The notes beneath the pieces are model-generated. The model was not told where the DNA came from, searched no databases, and saw nothing but the letters and a program-made list of their open reading frames with translations. Below are positions 25,060-35,598 of a stretch of 64,000 bases of DNA, one piece after another. Position 1 is the stretch's first letter. The number at the start of each line of letters is the position of its first letter. The translations under genes and the position numbers were made by a program. The stretch covers positions 29,146,932 through 29,210,931 of the forward strand of contig OZ316892.1 in assembly GCA_973895155.1 (NCBI GenBank), in the 5' to 3' direction. This stretch comes from Marsupella aquatica (lineage: Eukaryota > Plantae > Marchantiophyta).

Positions 25060-25480
25060 TTTCTTGTAAATAAGGTGAAATGGGACCAATGTACTAAAAA
25101 GAGCCAATCACAGTACAATGGAGGAGGCAAAAGAGTTCTAGAGAGCAAATGAAAAACCTAGAAAGAAGAAAAACTAGGAACTAAAAAGGGGTGATGATCT
25201 ATGATTCAACGTAATTATTTGGTGTCAGTTGTAAATGAGTCCACAAGTGGGACATGGATGCCTTTAAGGAGACAAGCCTCTGCTGAGGTGCAAAATACCC
25301 ACTACTAGAGATCTAGGACTGATTGCTCCAACTTGAGCATATTGTCACGTCACCAAAATCTGTTGATGGAAGTGCATTATCAAATTCGACAGTGGCCGTC
25401 CTATGGAACGAGCCTGTGCATGAATGTTTTGAGTTGATCAAAGGAACCCATCAAACTGATGATGGACTCGGGGGTCTCGC
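25060..25480 (-). mobile_element. Degenerate 3' end of a CRE-like non-LTR retrotransposon (copy 2)
   Basis: The minus strand translates VHHQFDGFL*...PLSNLIMHFHQQILVT*QYAQVGAISPRSLVVG, colinear with the copy at 33961-34610, followed by a T-rich 3' UTR. Confidence 0.75.
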
Positions 25481-26059
25481 TATATCAAGGCCCCCCATCA
25501 CTTCCTAAGTTTTTAAGCCTTAGGCCCCCTAGAAAGTAGGAAAAAAAGTTGATTTCCCCCCCTATAAAGTTGAAATATTGTTAATATTCCAAAAACTTGA
25601 TTTAAATGACCCTAATGTTCTTACAGGACTCGAAATTGGACACCTTCAAAGTTCCAGAGTTTCTCCTTCAATCTGTATAAAGTAAGTGTGTACATGTGTT
25701 TCTCTTGTCTTGCTTGCATGTATGATTCCTTCCCCATCCCTTTGATTTCTATAATGGGGCTGAACAGCCCTGCCCAGACCATTGCTCCGACCAGTTGTGC
25801 CCAGTTAAAATCCTCTCATTTCTCAATTAATTTGACATCACTATCCCATACACAAACACATGAGTGCTCCATATGGCCAAAAGTGTGGTGCCCACAAGGA
25901 TGATCAGTCTACTTGTCATCCTTTTCTAACAAAATCTACACAAAATTATCTGAGTTGATGTTCATAATGTCACATCATATCTACAATTTTCCACTACTAG
26001 TGCATCAATCTCCTACACTATGTGATGGACTCTAGTGTAACCTCATTCTTTTGATCCAC

Positions 26060-26530
26060 TCGAGTATAAACAAAACGTTCCACCAAAGTTTATAAACCAG
26101 GAGAAAAACAAAGTCCAATGAAAAAAGAGAAAAAGTGGTCCAAAGAAAAAGTGGTCCAAAGAGAAAGAGGACTAACACCAAGTGCAAACCTAAAAACTGA
26201 AGAAAATAAAGGGAAGAGTGTCAAACACTGTGAACTTTGTTGAGTAGGAAGGTTCCATGCAAAGGATTGATGGGAAAGTGACTGATAGGAAGGACTAATA
26301 ACTGATGGGGAGTTACAACACTCGTGAATGCCTCTTGTGTCTCCCATCCCTTCCTTCCCAAAAAGGCATTTAATTGTACAGATTTCCAAAAGAGGAATCT
26401 TCTGTTGGAATTTGAAGCTCTGGGGCTGTGCATTTGATTTATCATGTAGCACGTGCATTTGTCTAACCTTTCTAGGAGCCTTTTTAAAATGCTTGTGATT
26501 ATTAAAATCATGATTGGGGGGGTGCACGCT
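26060..26530 (-). mobile_element. More degenerate 3' end of the same CRE-like family (copy 3)
   Basis: Weak peptide similarity (FQQKI.. versus FCQRISV) plus a T-rich tail with ttggacc motifs like those at 34360-34600. Confidence 0.45.
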
Positions 26531-28394
26531 AGATTTCCAGATCTTTTCCACCCTCAAAAGAAAATGTACCATACAGTACTAAAAGTTATTTTAAGATTCT
26601 AATCTAGTTTCCTCGGTTTCGTCACCATATGTAGGTTGTCCCCCGTATGTAGGCACGTCCATGACGTGCGTACATGTTGGCTTGGAAAAATTAATTGTGC
26701 TGCTCCCTAGAAAACTTTAAAATAAGAGTTGACAAGTGAGATAGATGCACTACCGGGCAGTGTGCTTTTTGTACAAATGCTTGTACCAGCTTAATTTTTG
26801 AGGTATTTCTTTGGATCAGGGTGCTGAATGTCAGTTCTGTGTCACCTAGATCAAGGAGAATATTATAGGAATATTCTATATCTCATGTTTCTAGATTTAT
26901 TTCTGACCATCAGATACCACTAGATTTAAAAATAAGGGTTACATTTTGGCTATTGGGGTCTGTGGCTTGGTGGGAAGTGGCAAGTTGAAGACAAAAGAAC
27001 CTAGTGATTTTTTGCAAATGTGTGAAGACCTTAGTGAATCTAGAAAAGTTTTCCAGGAAAACAAATGATGCCCATGACCCCGTATGCTATTTATGTTGAG
27101 TCCTTACCAGGCTTTTCAGTTTGCTGCTCAGGTGGTTCCTTTTGCTGTTGTATAAGGGAGTCTTGGGCTCATTGGCTGTTGGCTTTTCATGGGTTTTTCC
27201 TTTCATTGGACTCATATCTCCAGATTAGGCTCGTTTAATTTTTTGGCACATCTAATCATGACTCCTTTGTGTCTCATAATCTTTGTGTCTTTTTATACTT
27301 GGTCTATCCCAGTCTTAAGATTAAACGTTGTGAGGATTGATTTCCATTCAATTCTGTTTCATTTTGCCAAAGGAGTGTAACTGTAGGACTTAGTGAATTG
27401 TAGGGAACACTTTTGGAGACCCAAAACAGTGAGTGATTCATTCACAGAAAGGGTGTTATATGAGTAGATGGTGGCGCTTCAAAGTGATTAGTGGTATTTA
27501 CACTGTTCCATGCCTGGAATAAATAATTTGCTAAATCCGCCAGACCTGAATACTCCTCCTGATAGGATGGAAAATCTGTTTGTTTGACACATGGTTCCTC
27601 TGCTGCTTCAGCTGCCTTGGGAAGTAGCCATCTGGTCCCCACAGTGATGGACTGTACACAGGAGAACTAGCAGTTATTATTTTGTGGGCCAGGAAGCCCC
27701 CCCTTCCTCCCAATTAATTAAGCACTGGGCCCACTTAGCCTATGCACATACACACTCCTACCAGGATATATAAAGATTAGTGGAACGGCTCCAGACCACA
27801 TCCCATCTGACAGCAAAAGCAGGATCTCCAATTCCTTTCTCCCAAAAAGAGCAGCAGCAGCAGCCTTGACTTTCTTGCCCACCCCTATCAGGCATTTTTT
27901 AAAGGCTAGTCTTTTGCCAGAATCTTACCTTGAAACTGCTCCAAGTACCTGAAGGAAACAAATTTGAGTTTTCCCAAATTCATCAGCATTGACTCCTTAT
28001 TGAAATTCATGAATTTTAGCCAGATCTAACGATTTTCCTTAGACCATGGAAAATCTAGGACTCATATGAACTTGTCAGAATTGTTGCTGAAAATATTCTT
28101 GAAAGGGAGGAGACGAGTAGGCGTCACCTTTCGCTATATTATAGCATGTTCAACCTGGAACATGATTCATTTTTTGTCCTGTAGGTTAACTTTTAAAAAC
28201 CATTTTGACCCCCTATGCATCACACATTCAGTGCATTCTACACTAGGCTCCTTGGCATTTATCGATGGGCGGTAGTTGTCCAAAAGATCTGTCATCTATT
28301 CCCATGACCCGTTCCTTGAACCTAAACAGATTGACTAAAATTCTCACACAATAAAATTTATATGCTATTTTGGTTAGTCTTTGACCTATCATTT

Positions 28395-29350
28395 TTTTTG
28401 TCCATCCTCATTTCAGTTTTATCTTTATTTAGAGTCAATGGCACTTTTGTCCATCAGCATTTAAAATTTTCATCTTATTCAAACTCATTATCAGTTTTGT
28501 CATTATCAATTTTGTGTGTATTGGGAGTTATGGTCTAGAGGCTTCACTCTAGACCTAGGTCCTTAAAGAGTAGGCTTCAGTGTGCCCATATAGTAAGACT
28601 AGCCCCACTAGACTGCCCACTACCCGTTTTTTGAACATGAATAGCAGAGAGGACCATAAAAATGTTATCAAAATATATTCTTTATTCATAATTATTCTTT
28701 TCAAAAGGTTAATGAAATGATAAAAACCATCATTTTAATAGTCATGAATATATAATATATTATATCAAAATATATTCTTTATTCATAATTATTCTTTTCA
28801 AAAGGTTAATGAAATGATAAAAACCATCATTTTAATAGTCATGAATATATAATATATCATTCTCTTTTCTATGTCCATCCATCTTTGTGTGCACATATGT
28901 TGTGGTGGGGCCATAGTGCCCATTTTTTAATATATTTCTAAAAAAATTATCACATAAAATTTGCATGTACCAGTTGATATACATCATAATCATGAGTTTT
29001 TCCCATGCACATGATAGCCATGAAGTTATAGTCTAGAGGTTTCACTCTAGTCCTAGGCTCTTAAAAGTAGACTTTAGTTGGCTCTTTATTGGACTCTAGT
29101 GAGGGCGTCTTGCCTTTGCTAGCTTCTTGTGTCGTTTTCTCCAATGACATTTTGGTGTTGTTTCTCCGATGATGTCTTACTAATGAAGCGTGATGCAAAG
29201 GTATTTTCCAAAGTTTTCTTCTAGAGGGAAGCCTCTAGACCATAAATTTCAATATTAAGGACAAAATTGACTGTGACTCTAAAAAGGACAAAATTGAAAG
29301 TGAGAGACACATTAAGAACAGAGAGGGGACAAATTAAAAACAGTGATGGG
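28395..29350. mobile_element. Foldback or MITE-like non-autonomous element with long imperfect inverted arms
   Basis: The left arm (...ttttgtcc...ttagagtca...ttatggtctagaggcttcactctag, to about 28552) is the reverse complement of the right arm (ctagagggaagcctctagaccataa...ggacaaaa...tgactctaa, 29221-29340). An extra arm-end copy sits at 29021-29075. No TSD identified. Confidence 0.55.
28667..28857. repeat. Near-perfect AT-rich tandem duplication, about 97-bp period
   Basis: atcaaaatatattcttt...gtcatgaatatataatat occurs twice. Confidence 0.9.
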
Positions 29351-30283
29351 GAAAATATGAACAGGAAATAGCATGGACTTTCTTTTGGGAAATTTGGTTT
29401 TTGTCTTCATATCTGTTTACTACCAAGGAAGGGGGTAATCAGGCTATTGTCCAATGAATCTCAAGAGAAATTCCTTGCACTACAAGGCATATCTGGTGGA
29501 TGTTGGTAGAATCTACTCATAATGCTTCATAGTGGAAGAACACCAGGGGTGTTTTATTCCAAATTTCAACATTATAAGCAAAGTTAGTGTATATCCAGAA
29601 CACTCCAAAAAGATAGGGGGTGACAGAATTTTTTAAAACTTATCAAAGAATTTGAACACGTTTTCTCACCCCTGTTTTTAAAGATTTCCTAGCTGGGTGA
29701 GGGGCAAAGTGCTTTGAAAATTAATTGGGGATGCAATAATTCTACCTCAAATGTAAAACTTTGCTGATAGGGACCAGTCGGTTTCAGCCCGCCCCCCCTC
29801 TTCCACCACCCCCCCCCCCCCCCCTCTAGAGTGCATGCATGGCTCAACAAGCTCTTCTGAAGTATTAGGAATCCTTATGGATCAGGTGTGAAACAAAATA
29901 AGTATACTGAATGATATTTGCAACAAAAAATTAAAAATATATAAGCTAGAAGCACATAATATACATTTAACCTATCAAAACTTTCTCTAATGTAAACTAA
30001 AAGAAATTACTTAAAGTGAAAATTAACTATTTTCTTTTATAAAATAAAAATATTTAGATAGACTAACTGTATAGTAAGTAATTCTCCAAAACATACATGT
30101 AGTTAAGCTGCAAGACTTCTAACAATTTGGGCCAAGAACATTCTTTGTCATGTTTCCTACCCCAGCCTGCTTGTAATCACACATCAAAATGTGCTAATAT
30201 ATGGTGTGCACTCATTGATTAAAGAAAATTATGAGATTTATCATGGTATGGAGTGATGTCATACATCATGTATGCCATATTTT

Positions 30284-30640
30284 TGTTAGGATTTACTCTT
30301 AGGTCTAGAGTTACGACTATACAGTAGTTAAGGCTAACCTTAGTCGTAGACTTGGTTAGGTTAGTCATGTTATGCATACTCTATAACCAAGCGGTGTTTG
30401 CTTGGAGAGTGGGAACTCAGGCTCATTGTTACGGAACTAGTTGAGAGATAGAGAGAGCGGGAGAGAGAGCTTGCGCTGTGGATGCTTGGTATGGCCAGTC
30501 GGCTTAGAGTGCAGTAAAGCTCATGTGTGTTCCCGTGGACGTAGCCTCATGTGGAGGTGAACCACGTATCTCTCTGTGTCAACTCTTGTGCGTTGGATGG
30601 TTCATGGGCTTGCCGTTGCGATTGTCGTCTATGCTCAACA
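30284..30640 (+). mobile_element. Solo LTR, 357 bp, same family as 1477-1819
   Basis: TGTTAG...TCAACA termini flanked by the 5-bp TSD ATTTT (30279-30283 and 30641-30645). The 3' half closely matches the reverse complement of 1477-1650. No PBS follows. Confidence 0.93.
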
Positions 30641-31788
30641 ATTTTGATGTGTAGTAACCGGGGTCCATTTCCTACCAGTGAGAGGTTGTAAGACAATTGC
30701 AGTGTAGACTCACCTATTGCCTAGAATTGTGCGCACAGTTATGAATGTTCCCTTGAATGCCAAAGTGCTTAAAAAAATATTTAGTGTTAATAAGGAAATT
30801 CATGCGCATGATAGAAGCGAGGATAGAAGACCTCGTGGAGGGGGGGGGCGGTCACTGTATGGACTATGGAGGGTTGTAAATCATGTGCTGCAGTTTGGGT
30901 TACCTATGACCCCCCTTAATCATCTTAAATAAAGTTGTATGACGTCAATCATCTGATTACATGTATGCATTTTCCAATTTAAAAACCCTATATTAATTTC
31001 CAATAACAACTTAATAAGTATTTCTCCACATGATTTACATGACCCTATACTTTGTCGCACACGATGTGCACCTCCACTGAAGTGACCCCCCCCCCCCCGT
31101 CCTCCCCGGGTATGAGACCTGCCTTAGGCTGAGGCCCCCAACCAGGAGCTCCAAAGGGGATATACATACTTAGACTTCGTACATCACTCAGGTTAAGTCC
31201 CATTTTAAGTTTGCCTCTGACTCACTAGGTGTTAAGGGGTGGAGGGGAGGGGGATACTGATGTTGTACTGTAGGTGGGTAAGGGCAAAGTACCTTGAAAA
31301 TTGCCTGGGGATAACCTCAGGGGATAACACTATGCTTGGATGCACTACTACATATTTGGCCATTTTGCGAAGGCAATTTAATCGTGCCAAAACGCCCTGC
31401 AAGACACTGTCTGGTAGTGCAGCAGCCCAGGAGGATGAGGATGGAGATGAGGAGGGGGATGAGGAGGCGGATGAGGAGGTGGGGCAGGAGGATGACCAGG
31501 CGGAGGAGGAGGAGGTCCCACCGCCCCCTGCGCAAACCTGCAAGGGCATGGGCGAGGAGAAGGCCAAGGAGAAGAAGGCAAGGAGGGGAAGGAAGTGAGT
31601 TCCCTTCTAGAGGATTTAGGTGGCAGGTTTTAGTGGTTTAGACCCTTAGTTAGGGTTTATATGTTCACACTCTCCAGGCATTTGACATGCCCCTTTAGTA
31701 AGGGTTAGCAACCTTTACATTCTGTAAATTTTGCAGATTTTGATTAATCTCATGATATATATCTATTCCGGATTCTGCCTTCTAAACA

Positions 31789-32410
31789 CACTACAAGGCC
31801 TATTCCATTCATTTACCCTAAGCCAAAACCCTAAACTGGAATTACAAACCAATTTCAAAGATACTCCCTTTTTGCAAAGTAAAATTTACGACACTCAGCC
31901 CTTTGCAACTTCAGAGTCTAATTTCATTTCAAACAAAGTGTCCAAAAATACATCGCAAACCTTGCGACGTCTACACCCTCGCAAATATTGCATCGTAATT
32001 GGTTTCACAATCAAGCGATTCAATATATATTGCAAGTTTACGAAGATGAAAGGATTGCAACCTAGCTTGCGACCTGTACTACCTGGCTTGCAAATACGCA
32101 CGCCATTTTGCTTTGGAAAAACGCCAAGAGTTTTTGCATTGCAAAGTGGGCATTAATGGTTGCGGACTGGATTTTTCCCGGGATTTTTTTTGGAAGTTCG
32201 TGCAATCGCAAGATTGCGTTTGTTTTGTGAAATATTTAGCTTCGGAAGTTGCATTGCAGTTGTGAAGGGCCATTCGCAAAGGACTGGGCAAGGGAAAGTG
32301 CAATCCTGTTGCGATGTGGTTTGGTTTGCAAGTAACGATTTAACTTTTTGTGTCCCTTTGTTGATTGCGAAGGATTCTGTCTTGCAATATGGGGCCATAG
32401 TGTTGTAGTG
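31789..32410. mobile_element. Non-autonomous CACTA (En/Spm) element, about 620 bp
   Basis: Begins CACTACAA and ends TTGTAGTG. The interior is dense in TTGCAA/TTGCGA subterminal-type motifs in both orientations. The 3-bp TSD is not conserved (ACA versus ATG). Confidence 0.6.
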
Positions 32411-33960
32411 ATGGTACCCAAATTTTTGTAAAGCTAACTACAAGGTCCATTTCCACTTGTTATATATTGTCCACTCAGAGAAATGCTAACAGTCATGGAA
32501 GCTAAAATAATGCTAACAGTTTCATAGAATTTATAATTTCTCAATACAATTGTCTCTTGCTAAGTGCACACTCCCAGGACAAAGCATCTGATGTGCAGGT
32601 TACATGGATTTGCACTACGTAATAAGTGCAAAACATGGAATGTGCACTTATAAGAGTGTACGGTTTAGATCTCCTTGCTAAATGTGCAGTTATCCTGATA
32701 TTGGTCCTTTGTCTCTTTAACCCATCAACCAACCCTTGAGTTGCATCATGTACTCCAATCCCAGGGATGAACCTAAAATCTATAAAGAAAGATGATTTAA
32801 TGATTTCGCTTGGAGCAATACCTTCAGGACTTCTTTCAGACCTTCTTGCTGGTAGTCTGAATTATTGTCTTCCATTCCTTTATGCCAATTTGAGTCCAAT
32901 AATTATACACTTTACAAAACTTAGGCCTGAGTGGGCACTCTTGTACAAGGGACCTTGAATTCATAGACAACTTTCCTTCTCTAGACATCCACTTTTTTCC
33001 TGAGATTTTTAAACCCAAGGCCCTGCCCATATGTTAACTAAGGGGGAAGATAGTAGATCTCTCTTGGATAAATAATCATTTTCCAAAGAGAACAAGCATT
33101 TTCAATTTTGTAATTCATATCTTGAATTAATATAAAACAAAATATATTTAAGTAGTGCATGGCGTTTGAGTTACCACAAGCTGTAACTATTTATTCAAAG
33201 GTGTTTGATTGATAATACGTCTTAGGGTTTGGTACAGATGGATCATGTGAGTAGAGAGTCGTAGCTATTGAACAACAATGGATGAGGATTGCATAACATC
33301 ATGTGGAGGTCATAGAACAAACCTTATCTACATTCTATCATTACAAAATATACAACTTACTGCAAAAGAATGAAACACCCCGGCCTGGAAACACCTTAAT
33401 ATCTGGCAACAGGATTCCAAACTAAGGCCAAAAATCCAATAAAGCAGGGGAAAACAAAGGGAAAACTGGGAAGCCAAAGGGCCATCTCCACTTATGTTGC
33501 AATCCATCATCATGGATTAACATGGATAAGGTTAATAAATGTGTACAACCATTTTTTCACTAACTTTATATCCTGTAGTTAGATTGCCTGCCTTCTTATT
33601 ATATTGTAGCTTGCAGGTTGCCTCCATGGTGTAGTGCTTGCAGGTTGTCTTTCCAAAGCCAAAGTTTTCCCTCTAGATGCAAAATTCTAGTATCCAAAAT
33701 GGCGGGAAAAATGGTCAGATGGGGAAAGGTGACTTGGTTTGTAGATATAATCGCTTTCAAATCTCCCAATGGCGTGCCTGGTAGCTATTGTCTATTTTTT
33801 TTGGTTAACGTTGAAGCGTTGGCTGGACCCCATTCCAAAATAAAATACCTACTCCAGAGGTTGTATAATATTGGAACAGGCTGAGGACTCATTTGGGTCT
33901 GACTACGACAACTATGTGAAGACTGAGGCCCTTAGTTATTAATACTCAGTTATCTTTTCA

Positions 33961-34610
33961 TCCATAAAGCATTTACGGGCAGGGGCAGCAGCGTCACGTG
34001 CGGCAACAACAAAGGATGCCAAATATGCTGCATGAGCTTCATCCGACAACTTCCTTCCCCTTGCTCTGGAGCTATTTGGGCATCTTCATCCTCAGTTTGA
34101 TGGGCTTCTTCGGCAAGCTGCCCGGGATGTTCATGGCCGAATGGGTCCCACCGGGCCCGCGCTTTCTGTTTTGACCACGCACTTTCGCCTCAACTTTTGC
34201 CAACGCATTTCAGTCACCTTACAGCGTGCTCAAGCTCGGGCCATCTATCGTCGATCTCTTACAGTGGGTGCTAGTGTGCCTCCGCAGCGGCTAGCTCCCC
34301 TAGAGGATGTTCCAATCCCACTTGCCGATCTAGTTTTGACCCTTGATGTGGACCATTAGCTTTTTGCCACATTCGCTAGGAATGATGAGGACCGCGGTAC
34401 GTTTGGCTTAGTTTTAGTCTCTCTTTCTTGCTTTTTAGGGGTTCCTTATTGCTCATTTCTTACTTTTAGTTCCTCTTTCTTGGTGTTTAGTGGTTCCCTT
34501 TTGCTCCTTTTACGTTTGGTTTTGTCCACTTGGACCCTCTTTTGTTTGTTCATTTGTACTCTGTTTGGTCCCTTTGTATATAACAAGTGTGTATATTCAT
34601 TCACACTTAC
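33961..34610 (+). mobile_element. 5'-truncated CRE-clade-like (restriction-like endonuclease type) non-LTR retrotransposon: ORF C-terminus plus T-rich 3' UTR
   Basis: Translates GAAASRAATTKDAKYAA*ASSDNFLPLALELFGHLHPQFDGLLRQAA...FCQRISVTLQRAQARAI (one internal stop, ORF end at 34359). This matches the A..K..KY / F.P.A.E.FG / QR.SV.LQR..A signature of CRE/SLACS-type C-termini. Confidence 0.78.
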
Positions 34611-34788
34611 AGTAGTCACTGTTTAGTCTCAATGGGGCCTAGTACCTATATGTAAAAATACCCTTACACTAAATTGCCTTATCATCCTTGAACTTAGTCA
34701 AATGTTGATGATAATGTAACTATCCTATACTTTCAAGTTCTCTGGCTATCATCTCCTAGCACTTAGATCCAGTTCTGACCACCTAATG

Positions 34789-34824
34789 ACCCGCCCCCTG
34801 ACCCGCCCACGGACCCGCCCACTG
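34789..34824. repeat. 3 x about 12-bp GC-rich tandem repeat (GACCCGCCC)
   Basis: gacccgccccct gacccgcccacg gacccgcccact. Confidence 0.8.
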
Positions 34825-35518
34825 AGTTAGTACAAAATCTTGAATAAGTTGACAGTTGGCTCAATGGGGTTGCATGCCTTGGTACATGAAGAGTATTATA
34901 CAATCAACCTTATCAAAGTAAATGATTGATTGGCCTGATAGTCCCATCCACTTATCACCTTCTTGAATTGGGCCCGGATGGAGCATAATGGTTTCATGAA
35001 ACTTAAGCTTTGAGGGTAAATAGAGGTATGTACCGGTAACAACATAGCAGCAGATATGTACAAGGAACAACACTCACTAATATAAACGAACAAGTGTGTT
35101 TATTATGGTATGGAAAATCCATCCAACCTGTGGGCACATACCACGTGACACAATACATGGTAACTATGTTGCTACCGTCATATCAGAAAGGCATAAAGGT
35201 CGCTAGCATGCACAGGGAGACCAAACCCAAGTGGACCATGAAGAAGGAAGTGTGCCCTAGCCAAGGTCACCCCCAACAGTACTTGAGATAATTCAGTCTA
35301 GTTGGCAGCAAGGAAGCATGTCCCCCATGAGAACCCATCTCTGCTCCAGAGCCAACAACCACTCCTTTCACTGGTGTTCATGCAATATTTCAGGTCAACT
35401 TCATTGACAAAGCTGGGAAAAGGAGATCAGGGGCAGAGAGGAAACTCAGAGAACACTGGGCGAATCTTATTGATAGCTTTTGTAGATTGATTGTTGATAT
35501 TTTGTATTCTTTGAACAA

Positions 35519-35598
35519 GTGTTACCTGGGGGCCCAACAACCCCAGGAGGAGGATTTCGTGTTACTTGGGGGCCCAACAACCCCAGGGGGAGGATTTC
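35519..35598. repeat. 40-bp tandem duplication
   Basis: gtgttac(c/t)tgggggcccaacaaccccagg(a/g)ggaggatttc occurs twice. Confidence 0.9.

Noticed and set aside
30830-31110. Inverted G-run/C-run repeat suggesting a MITE
   Set aside because: The match is mostly homopolymer plus GGTCACT, and there is no TSD.
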